From: Candidatus Hadarchaeota archaeon
GTDB lineage: Archaea > CAYQAE01 > CAYVLA01
Assembly: GCA_964621445.1 (NCBI GenBank)
Contig: CAZUNO010000004.1
Span: forward strand, 1-64,000
Direction of reading: 5' to 3'
Length of the DNA stretch: 64,000 bases
Positions 20,309 to 30,228 of the stretch are shown in pieces. The notes beneath the pieces are model-generated. The model was not told where the DNA came from. It did not search any database and worked only from the letters and a program-made list of their open reading frames with translations. The position numbers and the translations under genes were made by a program. Positions within the stretch are counted from its first letter, which is position 1. The number at the start of each line of letters is the position of its first letter.

Positions 20309-21993
20309 TTCAAAAAAGGTATTCCCGTATATTGAGGGCTGTCTTGGTTATCGTGGGTTATGTCCTGTTTATCGGCGTGATCGCCCAAGCAATAGCTGGT
20401 TCTGGAAATAGCCCTCCAATAGCCGATTTCTATTATTCACCATTATCCCCCTCGACCACTGATTCCATAACTTTTACCAGTAATTCCTCCGATGATGAAG
20501 GGCCAATAGCGGATTTTGCGTGGATTTTTGGCGATGGCGGAACATCATCAAGGAAAAATCCAGTTCATTCCTATAATCGTCCTGGTAGCTACGTGGTTAA
20601 GCTCACGGTGACCGACGAAAACGGGACCATGGATTCATGTAGCAAGGTGTTGGAGATTGCAAACCGCCCGCCCCTGGTGAATTTTTCGAATTTCCCCTCC
20701 TCCTCATCGGGAATGGCAGTCCAGTTAATGGACGAGTCCCAGGACCCCGATGGCGATCTAGCATCCTGGGTTTGGGCTTTTGGCGACGGGGCATCCTCTC
20801 AGATAAGAAATCCGTCCCATCTCTACCAGAGCCCAGGGGGTTATTCGGTTACCCTGACGGTGAGTGATGATTCAGGAGCTTCGTCCTCATTTAGTAAGCT
20901 GATCTCCGTAAAAAGGACGGAGCCCCCGAAAATTGAAGTTATCGAGCCCAAGCGAGATGAGGTGGGAAGGGTAGATGATTTCATTGAGCTTGAATTTCAG
21001 CTCTATGAAGAGGAAGGTATCGAGAAGATCGATAAGCTGGAGGTCTGGGTGAGGGATGAAAACGGTAAGACCGAGCGTTACGGCAATCTCTCCGCGAAAA
21101 TAGTAAGGGAGACTGGGAGACCATCTCCCTATGAGGCGATCTATTCCTTCACCTTTGACCCCGCGGACTTCTTTGAACCCGGGTATACTGACCTATTGAT
21201 TAGAGCCGTGAACGAGGCTGATCTGGAGGCTTCAATAATAGAGGAGGATCTCTTGCGTGTTACTGGTGGTAATGCAAGCGTGCAAACGCTTGAGGCGGAG
21301 GACGTAAGTGGAGGCAAGGCCACTTTGAACGCCTCGATCAGTTACGGGGATTACAGCAATGTGGATGTTACCTTCTACTACCGCGAACAGGGAGATGAGA
21401 AATGGAAGAACACCGGTTGGGAGATTGGGTACACATCGGAAATCTACTCGCACCAGATACGTGGCTTGAAACCAAACACGGTTTACGAATACAAGGCCGG
21501 GATTAGGTTTGGGATGTTTGATAGACTCTATGATAATGGATCGATGCTTTCAATGCAGGAGGACCTAGGGGTTATGCTGATCCAGTCCGAATCCGTTAAG
21601 GCCATCAGAGGAGATTCGACGATCATATCCCTTGAAGTGGCAAATCTCCTTTCTGGCGATATAGAGGCGGTGAGGGTATTTCCGCCTGCGGGCTATGACA
21701 TAATGCCCAGCGTTCGCTGGATCGGTTCCATGGAGGTTGATTCCTACCTGCCGGCTGACTTTAGACTGGAGACCTCCGATTTGGAAGACGGCGAAATCTT
21801 AAGCTTTTACGCGGTCTACCGATCCTCGGGTGAGACCAAAAAGAGCCCCGCCTTGAATGTGACGGTTGGGGTAGAGGAAAGGGACAGGGGTCTCGGGGAA
21901 TTCAGATTTGATCTGGAGAAGTACTTCTTCGTATTTCCAATGACCATCGTGGTACTGATACTGCTGGTAGTCTATCTGATAATGAGGCGATAG
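20305..21993 (+). CDS. Surface protein with two PKD domains, Fn3-like and COG1361-like domains and C-terminal TM
   Basis: Two W.FGDG...NP.H.Y..PG.Y.V.LTV.D repeats; GLKPNTVYEY; C-terminal TM + RR. Confidence 0.88.
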   Translation: MIQKRYSRILRAVLVIVGYVLFIGVIAQAIAGSGNSPPIADFYYSPLSPSTTDSITFTSNSSDDEGPIADFAWIFGDGGTSSRKNPVHSYNRPGSYVVKLTVTDENGTMDSCSKVLEIANRPPLVNFSNFPSSSSGMAVQLMDESQDPDGDLASWVWAFGDGASSQIRNPSHLYQSPGGYSVTLTVSDDSGASSSFSKLISVKRTEPPKIEVIEPKRDEVGRVDDFIELEFQLYEEEGIEKIDKLEVWVRDENGKTERYGNLSAKIVRETGRPSPYEAIYSFTFDPADFFEPGYTDLLIRAVNEADLEASIIEEDLLRVTGGNASVQTLEAEDVSGGKATLNASISYGDYSNVDVTFYYREQGDEKWKNTGWEIGYTSEIYSHQIRGLKPNTVYEYKAGIRFGMFDRLYDNGSMLSMQEDLGVMLIQSESVKAIRGDSTIISLEVANLLSGDIEAVRVFPPAGYDIMPSVRWIGSMEVDSYLPADFRLETSDLEDGEILSFYAVYRSSGETKKSPALNVTVGVEERDRGLGEFRFDLEKYFFVFPMTIVVLILLVVYLIMRR

Positions 21994-22002
21994 AGGGATT
22001 CC

Positions 22003-23271
22003 TTGGATCTGCTTGAGACCTTTGCCACATGCTTCAATACTCTGAGGGCACACAAGCTAAGGTCCTTTTTGACAACTCTTGGTATAGTGATCGGAGTGGC
22101 CGCGGTCCTCGTCAACGTTGCCGTGGTCCAGGGCTTCAGCTCATTTTTCGAGGAGCAGGTCAAGGGTCTGGGTGTGAATTTCGTTTCGATTACCGCGGGT
22201 AGTGATCAGCACTTTGACGAGCACATCTACGAATCGCTGAGCAGCAGCGTATATCTGGAGAGCTCTACGGGGAGCAGGAGCACCCAGGGATTTGTGGAAT
22301 ACATGGGTGAGTCGAAGAGGCTGCTAGTCACTGGCGTGAGATCTGGATACTTCGAGGCCAACAACCTGGAGATGGCCGCTGGCTCAGGATTGATGCCTCA
22401 GGATAAATCCGCGGTGGTGGTAAGCGAGTCGATGGCCATGGAGGAATTCGAGAAGCCAATACTGGAGATGTCAACCATTAGGATTGTTCTAAGGGACAGG
22501 AATCAGACCCCGGTTGTTCGAAAGATGAAGGTTAAGGGGATTAGCCAGAATCCCAGCGGTTTCTCTCCCATTCAACCGGACTTGTACATACCAATCTCCA
22601 CCTTCAACGACATGACTGGTCAGGAGGGTTACTCTAGCATTAGCTTGTTCGCCGAGAGCGATAGCTTCGTGGAGACCGTGAAGTCAAATGCAATAGAATC
22701 CCTTGATCGTTTACTGAAACTTGAACCCAAGAGGACCATCGAGGAGGACAAGGGTCCTGAGGTTCCGTTTGAATTTGGAGAAGGCCCCAGGGATTTCAGG
22801 GAGGTCGTTTCGGAGGAGCGGGAGGAGTATACAATAACCACCCAGGATGATGTGTTGTCCTTCGTAGACGATATAAGCAGCACAATCAACCTACTGTTCA
22901 TAGGCATTGCCTCAGTATCACTTTTGGTGGGGGGCATAGGTATAGCCAATATCATGATAGTCTCGGTGACCGAGAGAACGAGGGAAATTGGGGTGATGAA
23001 GGCGGTTGGTGCCAAGAAGAAGGATATCTTGGGTCTCTTCCTGGTCGAGGCTGGGCTTATAGGGGTGTTGGGAGGTTTTCTGGGTCTGGTCGTTTCCTAT
23101 TTAATGTCCAAGACCATGGTACCTGCCCTGGTGGGGGTAGAGGGAATCGTTCCCCTGCAATGGGTTGGTCTTTCGATATTCATATCCCTGATGATAGGGA
23201 TAATTTCCGGCATTTACCCGGCTTTCCGGGCTTCAAAGATGGATCCAGTAGAGGCCTTAAGCTATGAATGA
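22003..23271 (+). CDS. ABC transporter permease (MacB/FtsX-type)
   Basis: RSFLTTLGIVIGVAA; VGGIGIANIM.VSVTERTREIG..KAVGA; PA.RAS.MDPVEAL. Confidence 0.96.
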   Translation: MDLLETFATCFNTLRAHKLRSFLTTLGIVIGVAAVLVNVAVVQGFSSFFEEQVKGLGVNFVSITAGSDQHFDEHIYESLSSSVYLESSTGSRSTQGFVEYMGESKRLLVTGVRSGYFEANNLEMAAGSGLMPQDKSAVVVSESMAMEEFEKPILEMSTIRIVLRDRNQTPVVRKMKVKGISQNPSGFSPIQPDLYIPISTFNDMTGQEGYSSISLFAESDSFVETVKSNAIESLDRLLKLEPKRTIEEDKGPEVPFEFGEGPRDFREVVSEEREEYTITTQDDVLSFVDDISSTINLLFIGIASVSLLVGGIGIANIMIVSVTERTREIGVMKAVGAKKKDILGLFLVEAGLIGVLGGFLGLVVSYLMSKTMVPALVGVEGIVPLQWVGLSIFISLMIGIISGIYPAFRASKMDPVEALSYE

Positions 23272-23290
23272 TGGAGGGGAGGTGAATGAA

Positions 23291-23527
23291 ATGGAAGGAA
23301 AGGACAAACCGATATTCTATGGTTCCGCCACCGTGGGCAAGAGAGGACAGATAGCGTTACCTGCTGATCTCAGGGAGGATCTCGAAATCGAACCCGGTGA
23401 TAAGTTGATATTTTTCAGTGGTTTCAGGGAGGAGAAGGGGTTCGGTGTTCTCAAGGCGGAGGAATTGTTTAGATTACAAAGAAAACTAGATGAATTGCGA
23501 TCTAAACTAGCAGAAGAGAATGAATAG
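23291..23527 (+). CDS. AbrB/MazE/SpoVT-family DNA-binding protein
   Basis: VGKRGQIALPA.LR..L.I.PGD.L. Confidence 0.9.
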   Translation: MEGKDKPIFYGSATVGKRGQIALPADLREDLEIEPGDKLIFFSGFREEKGFGVLKAEELFRLQRKLDELRSKLAEENE

Positions 23528-23686
23528 TTATATATCATAACTAAGAATTTTCTTCTAACGCTCAACATATTGAGATTTGAGGTTTGGCAAAGCTTCCTCC
23601 ACTAAAAGGTTATGCTATGGATTTTAATCCAGCAGAACTTGGAAGGAAGATAATAATCGTTTCAGGGAATCAATATCTATCGTTTC

Positions 23687-23944
23687 ATGCTTAGGGTAAG
23701 CATGGGACCCCGTCTACCAGGACTCTATCCCAAAAACACAATTCTCTACGAGAGCGAACTTGCGAGGTGGATGGTCATGGTGATCGCACTTATCGGCCTC
23801 ATCTCCATCATTTCAATGACGCTGCCTTTCGTCTGGTCGCTGGCCTCGGAGGATATGATTGTGAAGGTTACGAGGGCCCTTTTGGTGGTAATTTGCACGG
23901 GAAGCTGGTTATCCTTTCTAGCCTTGGGTTATTTCAGAGGCTAG
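23687..23944 (+). CDS. Small two-TM membrane protein
   Basis: Two hydrophobic helices. Confidence 0.4.
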   Translation: MLRVSMGPRLPGLYPKNTILYESELARWMVMVIALIGLISIISMTLPFVWSLASEDMIVKVTRALLVVICTGSWLSFLALGYFRG

Positions 23945-24304
23945 TATATACCTAATCCATTTCCTCAGATTGTCCTTGACTCCAAACTTCACCATCCTCT
24001 CTATAAGGCTATATGGCATGGGTCGATCCAGGGGAAATTTGATTGTGCCCTTCGCGGTCTCGTAATTGGCCAATTCCTCCTCGAACTTCTTTATGACCGA
24101 TGGCTTGGGATAGAGACATATATGCTTCTTGAAGGCTGCAAAGAGGACCAGCTTTCCATTAAGTCTGAATGCTGGAACACCATAACTCATAGCCTCCTTT
24201 TCATCCGGTGCTGTTTTTTGGACTAATTTCCTTATCTTCTTGAGGTGTTCCTGTACATCCTCTAGGAATGAATCTATGTATTCGTCTATGTTCTTATCGG
24301 CCAT
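23918..24304 (-). CDS. DUF1801/YdhG-family protein
   Basis: IDEYI..F, E.MSYGVPAF, FAAFKKHI.LYP, KGTIKFPLD.P.PY.LI. Confidence 0.88.
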   Translation of the reverse strand: MADKNIDEYIDSFLEDVQEHLKKIRKLVQKTAPDEKEAMSYGVPAFRLNGKLVLFAAFKKHICLYPKPSVIKKFEEELANYETAKGTIKFPLDRPMPYSLIERMVKFGVKDNLRKWIRYILASEITQG

Positions 24305-24434
24305 CCTCGACAACACTAACCTGTCACTTAAAAAGAATTTTTCTGTTCAAGCCCGACCGGTAAAACCTAATTTTGGTCTCTCTTATTTGGCAACCCTATT
24401 TACGGTCTTTGACCTGTAGGTAGGCCCACTAAAA

Positions 24435-26204
24435 TTAGAGAAATCTCTTTCCAATGAGAATCAAAGTTATTTGAATAGCCATTATCATCCCTATTTCCAA
24501 CTCTAATGGAAACCATAGAGAATTTGACCCTGCTGACTTAAGGGTTATCCAGTCCTGTTGGTTCTGGTACTCGGCCGGGTAGGCGCAGTGGGAGTACTCG
24601 GGCCATGGGGAGGGGGCAGGGAAGCTACCGTTCATGGTCAGGCAGTAAACCTGGGTCTCGGGGTGGCTGTTGCCATTAAGCTCCACTATCCACTCGGATA
24701 CGCCGTCCTGGTCGACGTCGCCCCACCAGCCACCATTCTCCTGCCTCCTGTCCACAGCTAGATGGAAATTAGTATAATACGCTTCGAGAGCACCGGTGGC
24801 CGCGTCCGTGACTATTGGATATGGAGAGAGCCACAGAATCTCCTGTTGTCCGTCCCCATCGATATCCGCGATCAGCTGGTAGGAGGACCAGTGGTTATTC
24901 ACGGCTCCCCTAGGTATTAGTTCATCCTCGCTCCACCGGGAGAAGTTCACCTCCCACTTGGTCTCCGGGGTCTCCCCGCCAATGTCAACGCAGAAGGCTG
25001 CTGCGCTGGTCATGATGGCCATGTCCATGGATCCGTCGCCATCCACATCCCCCATGGCCTGGCACATCCTGATATTACCGTTGTAGGGATCCTTCCAGGT
25101 CCATATTTCCTGCCCCAGATGGTTCAGGCACACCACCCCGCCCAGAGGAGCATCGGACCACGCCAAAATTTCGTATTCTCCGTCTTGGTTAACATCTGCA
25201 ACTATTACCGGTTGGAATTTAATGGACGAACCAAGCTCATATGTCCACTTCTGCTCTCCGGTCCCTGCGTCCAGGCAAAACACCTGGTGACCGAGACAGG
25301 TCCACAGGGTCTCGTATTCTCCGTCCTGCTCCAGGTCGCAGATCGTGGGATGACCTAGAAGAGAGTCGCCGAGAGGCGTGGTCCAAACCAGCTCCCCATC
25401 GTGGGCTACCCGGTGGGCATATCCCAGGTTATCGTTCATGAAGAACTCCGGGAACCCGTCGCCGTCCACATCGTGGGCCTGTGGAGCGCCATCCATTGCG
25501 GGGGGCAGGTCGTGGCGGGGTGGAATTGGGTTGTCCCAGGTCCATAACACGGTGCCATCGCCATTCAATACATGCAATCTACCGCCCATGCCGGCGAAAC
25601 AAATCTCGTACCTGCCGTCAGCATCAACATCCACTAGTGAAACCTTGCTCGTGGGGTCGTTGATCAGGCCTTCCTCCTCGATGGGAGGGTATACCCATTC
25701 GAAAATGCCTTCTCCGTCCACGCACCACATCCTCTCGCTGTCCCCTCTACGAGTTCCAAATACCACCTCGTTGGTACCATCATCATCGACATCCCACACC
25801 GTCTGACAGCCCTGGTGGCCGGCCCCGAACCTCTTCCCCTCGAAAACTGCGCTGGTGTTGAAAACCCAGTCGATCCCCAGTTGGATTACGGTTTGATTTC
25901 CCTGAGAGGCGTTGATCTGTTTCTGGAGGGATAGTTCCGTTGGCCCCTTGGCATTATTCCGCAGGCTTGAGGCGTGTTCTACTCCAGTTTGGGGATCATC
26001 GGCTTCCTCCTGGGGTGCCTCCTCATTAACGGGACCGATCATTTGCACCAATGTGGGGTGCAAATGATCGATCCCGAGGATACAGACACAGCCCAGAAAT
26101 GTAAGGTAAGCGGCACCTACACAGGCCATCTTAACCCGCATGGAGACCACCGGTCCCTTTCTCTCCGGCATTTCCTCGATATCGGCGGTTTGGATCTTGG
26201 ACAT
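24435..26204 (-). CDS. Surface FG-GAP/PQQ-like beta-propeller protein with N- and C-terminal hydrophobic anchors
   Basis: Repeated D[VL]D.DG..E motifs (about eight); W.W/Y propeller motifs; C-terminal TM + KR. Confidence 0.85.
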   Translation of the reverse strand: MSKIQTADIEEMPERKGPVVSMRVKMACVGAAYLTFLGCVCILGIDHLHPTLVQMIGPVNEEAPQEEADDPQTGVEHASSLRNNAKGPTELSLQKQINASQGNQTVIQLGIDWVFNTSAVFEGKRFGAGHQGCQTVWDVDDDGTNEVVFGTRRGDSERMWCVDGEGIFEWVYPPIEEEGLINDPTSKVSLVDVDADGRYEICFAGMGGRLHVLNGDGTVLWTWDNPIPPRHDLPPAMDGAPQAHDVDGDGFPEFFMNDNLGYAHRVAHDGELVWTTPLGDSLLGHPTICDLEQDGEYETLWTCLGHQVFCLDAGTGEQKWTYELGSSIKFQPVIVADVNQDGEYEILAWSDAPLGGVVCLNHLGQEIWTWKDPYNGNIRMCQAMGDVDGDGSMDMAIMTSAAAFCVDIGGETPETKWEVNFSRWSEDELIPRGAVNNHWSSYQLIADIDGDGQQEILWLSPYPIVTDAATGALEAYYTNFHLAVDRRQENGGWWGDVDQDGVSEWIVELNGNSHPETQVYCLTMNGSFPAPSPWPEYSHCAYPAEYQNQQDWITLKSAGSNSLWFPLELEIGMIMAIQITLILIGKRFL

Positions 26205-26750
26205 CTAAATCACCTTGGATATGGCACTGAGTAGTCTAGTGGATGATGCACCAACCAGCAGGAAGAATAATGCATAGAATACGGATAGCTCGGGGCCTTT
26301 TACACCCGGGAAGCCGCCCCGGACCATGTAGAGCCCTACGACCGCGCAAGCCCCGGTGATCAGGTAAAGCACTAGATCAAGTTTGGGGAGGAGCGTGATT
26401 TTGGCTGACTTTTGGTCAAAATTAGCCAGGCGGCTCACTGCATACTTGGTAAGTCTATAGGGCTTGTCCCTGCCGAATAGACGTGTGGCCACATACCCCC
26501 TTGATTCTAGTTGCCGGACACACCTTCTTACCCGGCTGTAAAGTGTCATGAATCCCTCATCCCCCTTTCTCTGACCGTATATCTCCTCAACCAGTTCGGC
26601 GACGGTTCTCCTTCCCTCAAGCAGGTGTGATATCACCTGGGCCTCCAGAATTTCCGACAGGTCCAGGGTTTCCAGGTCCTCTATTGCCCTGTGTACACGG
26701 TATTTGGTGTCCTTCCTGACCTCCTCGATATCGGGAGTCTCCCGGTTCAT
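26205..26750 (-). CDS. Membrane-tethered winged-helix transcription regulator
   Basis: wHTH-like (L.EG..TVAELV..IY...Y.RVRR....LESRGYV...YRLT) followed by two TM helices. Confidence 0.75.
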   Translation of the reverse strand: MNRETPDIEEVRKDTKYRVHRAIEDLETLDLSEILEAQVISHLLEGRRTVAELVEEIYGQRKGDEGFMTLYSRVRRCVRQLESRGYVATRLFGRDKPYRLTKYAVSRLANFDQKSAKITLLPKLDLVLYLITGACAVVGLYMVRGGFPGVKGPELSVFYALFFLLVGASSTRLLSAISKVI

Positions 26751-26857
26751 TCAATGTAATTTGCGGCACTATCCTCTTAAAGGCAGCGAAGTTTCGGATT
26801 TGAAAACTGTCTAGATCTGGCTCAGATTCTTATCTCCCGGCATGGCATAGAGAGTCA

Positions 26858-27652
26858 ATGAGTGTTACCCCCCTATGGGATGAGTGGAACCTGACTTTGG
26901 CCATCATGAGGATATTCTGGGTAGTTGGAATTGCCCTTTATGCGTCCGCGGTGTGGTTAGTTCTGGGAGGCGATTTGGAGGCAAGGAAGTCCCTTGGTTA
27001 CCTGGCCAGATCGATGTCATACCTCCTCTTCGCCGGTGGATTCCTGGCCATTCCGGCATTTCACGTCATTTTTCAACCATTACATTCCTCCAGTGGCCAG
27101 GCATTTGTGAACAGATATATCGGACTCTCGGTTTTTGCCGCGGTATGCCTGGTTATCCTAGGATGGGTTTCCTGGGGAACCTACCAGGGCATATACAAGT
27201 CGAGATTGGGGTGCGCCATTTCCGCGGTGCTTTTTCTTTCTATTGCCGGCCTGAGCTGGCTGAACATGTGGGATACTGCCTACCAACTTGGTTTCTGGGA
27301 GCTGGAGGTAAGGGCAGGTCTTTTCCTTTCCCCCTGGATTTCACTTGCCATCGCCGGTTCATTTCTTGGATGCTCCTTGAAGGGAGAGCAGGAACGGGGA
27401 GGGATCAAGGTGGGGGTCAAGTTCCTAATAGTCCTTTGGCTGAGCATAATCCTATTTACGGCAGCACTTTCAGCGGTGGTCAGCGGCTTTCGAACCGGCG
27501 GCAGTAGGGTCTCCCCTGGGGTGCCCTTGACGGGCGTGGTTAGCTCCTTCATGCTGCTCGGGGCACACGGAATCCTTCTGGGGGCCACGGTTCTCGACAT
27601 GTCGGTGACCATGGCCCTAACTCAGAGGAAGCGAAGGAGGCAGGGAATTTGA
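26858..27652 (+). CDS. Polytopic membrane protein, unknown function
   Basis: About seven hydrophobic segments, basic C-terminus. Confidence 0.7.
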   Translation: MSVTPLWDEWNLTLAIMRIFWVVGIALYASAVWLVLGGDLEARKSLGYLARSMSYLLFAGGFLAIPAFHVIFQPLHSSSGQAFVNRYIGLSVFAAVCLVILGWVSWGTYQGIYKSRLGCAISAVLFLSIAGLSWLNMWDTAYQLGFWELEVRAGLFLSPWISLAIAGSFLGCSLKGEQERGGIKVGVKFLIVLWLSIILFTAALSAVVSGFRTGGSRVSPGVPLTGVVSSFMLLGAHGILLGATVLDMSVTMALTQRKRRRQGI

Positions 27653-27658
27653 TCGATG

Positions 27659-28999
27659 TCAGTTTTTCATTTCCCGGGCGATCTCCCGGATCTTGCTAAC
27701 TATTTCCAATGGGTCTCTGCCCAGCACCCTAACCATGGGTTCCTTTCCGGTCTCCCCCAGGTCATATATGATGTCGGGGACATTGCCGGATCTTTTAAGC
27801 ACCTGGCTCACACCCCATCCCAGGCTTGATCCCTCCAGGTTCTTCACCTCTCTGGGCTCTTGCTCTCTATCAAAGCTCTGCACATCCATGCCGGCGCTGG
27901 CACAGGCCCTGGTTATCGAAGGTGAGTACCTAGTGTTCATTGCCGATCTGAAGGAGCGATCGTAATCCATGACCGTGAGAACGATGCGGGCAACGTGGCT
28001 GGAGGCACCGAACTCCGGTTGATAACAGGCAACCATTCTCCCATCCACCTCGGTAACCCGACCTGGTATGGCCGCTACATCCTCTTCATCCCTTGCGTAT
28101 TGGAGTGCATAGGCGATGTTGGCCCTGACTTCGGGTACCAGATGACCAACCCGCATATCGGAGAGCTGCACAAGGGCCTCTCTCAGGCTCCGGATGACCG
28201 CATACCTATCCCTTTCCCGGGCTATACTGGCGTAAGGGTTGGTGGGGCCATTTCCCTTTCCCAGCGGCAGGCCATGCCTTATGGCGCTGGTTATGAATTC
28301 CTTGGCCTTGCCAACCGCGTCCGGGACCTTCATCCCCTGACCGATGAAGGTGGCCAGTGCCGATGAATATGTGCAGCCGGTGCCGTGAGTATTCCGGTTG
28401 GAAATCCTATCGGTTACGAAGGTGGTAGTTGTCTCCCCGTCGCAGAGGAGGTCCAATGGCTTACCCTCCAGGTGTCCTCCCTTTACCAGAACATGGCGGG
28501 GCCCAAGATCCCTAATCAGAATTGCTGCCTCCTCCATCGATGACTGGTCAGCAATCTCGATGCCCGAAAGGGCCTCAGCCTCGGGTATGTTAGGCGTAAC
28601 CACAAGTGCCAATGGCAGAAGTTCGTCAATCAGAGTTTTTTCGGCGTCGGGTGAAAGTAGGCGGTCCCCGCTCTTGGCAACCATGACCGGATCAACGATG
28701 AGTTTATCCACTGATTTTCTTCGGATACATCCAGAGACGGCCGAAACGATGTCGGCACTGGAAAGCATCCCCGTCTTGGCGGCATCGACCCCGATGTCCT
28801 CCACAACGGCGTCGAATTGTTTCTCTATAAAGGATGTAGGAATCTCCTGAATACCTTGCACACCGACCGTGTTCTGGGCGGTGAGGGCGGTTACGACCGA
28901 CATGGCATACCCGCCCAGAAGGCTTATGGTCTTTATATCGGCCTGTATCCCGGCTCCCCCTCCCGAGTCTGACCCTGCTATGGTGAGAATGCGCTTCAT
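27659..28999 (-). CDS. thiDN: Bifunctional HMP/HMP-P kinase and thiamine-phosphate synthase (ThiD-ThiN)
   Basis: [31 protein letters not shown]; C-terminal ThiN motifs PEVR.N, FGASSH.AR, GKEPM. Confidence 0.95.
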   Translation of the reverse strand: MKRILTIAGSDSGGGAGIQADIKTISLLGGYAMSVVTALTAQNTVGVQGIQEIPTSFIEKQFDAVVEDIGVDAAKTGMLSSADIVSAVSGCIRRKSVDKLIVDPVMVAKSGDRLLSPDAEKTLIDELLPLALVVTPNIPEAEALSGIEIADQSSMEEAAILIRDLGPRHVLVKGGHLEGKPLDLLCDGETTTTFVTDRISNRNTHGTGCTYSSALATFIGQGMKVPDAVGKAKEFITSAIRHGLPLGKGNGPTNPYASIARERDRYAVIRSLREALVQLSDMRVGHLVPEVRANIAYALQYARDEEDVAAIPGRVTEVDGRMVACYQPEFGASSHVARIVLTVMDYDRSFRSAMNTRYSPSITRACASAGMDVQSFDREQEPREVKNLEGSSLGWGVSQVLKRSGNVPDIIYDLGETGKEPMVRVLGRDPLEIVSKIREIAREMKN

Positions 29000-29013
29000 C
29001 GATTTCCCGTTCC

Positions 29014-29055
29014 GGTCTATATTTTGGGTAAGATAACTCTTTTGACATATAGACC
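29014..29055. promoter_or_regulatory. 9-bp inverted repeat (GGTCTATAT-N24-ATATAGACC) bracketing the thiDN promoter; candidate operator
   Basis: Perfect arms at 29014-29022 and 29047-29055 around a minus-strand AAAAGAGTTATCTTA BRE/TATA-like element. Confidence 0.4.
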
Positions 29056-29091
29056 CGGGGTCGGTGAGCTAGGCCTGGGTAGGATAAAAGC

Positions 29092-30228
29092 TTAAAACTG
29101 GGCGGTTTCCTGGTCCCACTTGGAGATCCAATCAGATATCTGTTTGGATAGGCTCTTTCCCACTCCATCAACGTTGCGAAGTCCTTCCTGCCCTCCCGAT
29201 TTGTATAGCTGGGCCAGGTTTTCCTGAAATTCGTCCACGCTAAAGGCCGCCTTACGATAGGCCCATATCCGGTGCTTGGATCCCTCTACGAGCTCAAGGT
29301 CGTATGATTTTAGGAAGAGCCTTTCAGCGAGCCACTTATTTACCGCCAGGGGCCCCGGAGCTATGAACCGCGGCATGCGGTCTTTTAGACCATAATCGTC
29401 ACAAATCCCACGGACTCTTCTTCCAAGTTCTGCACTATAGTCACCTGGTGGGGAATACTCCGGCTTACCACCTGGAACCCAGTCGTACATCTCTCGAATC
29501 CTGTTCTCGAGTCGGGGGTCCAATGATTTTGCCGCCCTAAGGGTCCGCCTGGCCTGTAACCCTTGCATGGTGAGTCCTCCTGCAAGGACGAACGAACCGC
29601 CATTGTCCCTGGTAGCCCTTATCACATCCTCGAGATGTTCCCGGTCGTCACCCACGAAGGGAAGTACGGGCATCATAGCCGTACCTACCGTTATTTCCGC
29701 ATTGGAGAGCTCCTGCATGGCTTTAAGTCGATCCTCAACCCTGGGGCTCCTGGGTTCAAACGCCGATTTTAATCTCGAATCTAGGCTGCTGATGCTGAAC
29801 ACCACTCCCGCCCAGGTGTTACTGTTAATTTTCCTAAGAAGATCGAGGTCCCTGGTTACTAGAGGCGAGCGTTCTATTACCACCACCGGGAATGAGAGTC
29901 GATTGGCAATCTCCAACATCTTTCGGGAAAGTCCATATTTTGACTCTACTGTGTGCTGCCAGTCCCCACAGGCCAATATTTCCGGTTCAAGGCTAGAAAG
30001 CTCCTTTTCCATGAGCTGTGGGGCGTTTATTTTGATTCTGATGTGTTTATCGAAGTAACGAGGGTCCCGACTATATTTCCCCGTTCTCGAGTAACAGAAC
30101 TCGCATCCGCTACGGCATCCAATATAGGGATGGGCGCTGTACCTATTCCAGAACCAGGGCCCGTCAACGTGTTTACTTACATTTACTATCGATGAGGCCT
30201 CGTACTCCACCAAATCGAGTTCCATCAA
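29092..30228 (-). CDS. SplB/Rv2578c-like radical SAM protein fused to a PolX N-terminal (8-kDa, HhH) domain
   Basis: PYIGCRSGCEFCY; FEP..P....RL; C-terminal AYRKAA...L..VDGVGKSL. Confidence 0.85.
   Translation of the reverse strand: MMELDLVEYEASSIVNVSKHVDGPWFWNRYSAHPYIGCRSGCEFCYSRTGKYSRDPRYFDKHIRIKINAPQLMEKELSSLEPEILACGDWQHTVESKYGLSRKMLEIANRLSFPVVVIERSPLVTRDLDLLRKINSNTWAGVVFSISSLDSRLKSAFEPRSPRVEDRLKAMQELSNAEITVGTAMMPVLPFVGDDREHLEDVIRATRDNGGSFVLAGGLTMQGLQARRTLRAAKSLDPRLENRIREMYDWVPGGKPEYSPPGDYSAELGRRVRGICDDYGLKDRMPRFIAPGPLAVNKWLAERLFLKSYDLELVEGSKHRIWAYRKAAFSVDEFQENLAQLYKSGGQEGLRNVDGVGKSLSKQISDWISKWDQETAQF

Noticed and set aside
29000-29091. TPP riboswitch upstream of thiDN
   Set aside because: No CUGAGA core on the coding strand and the leader is too short
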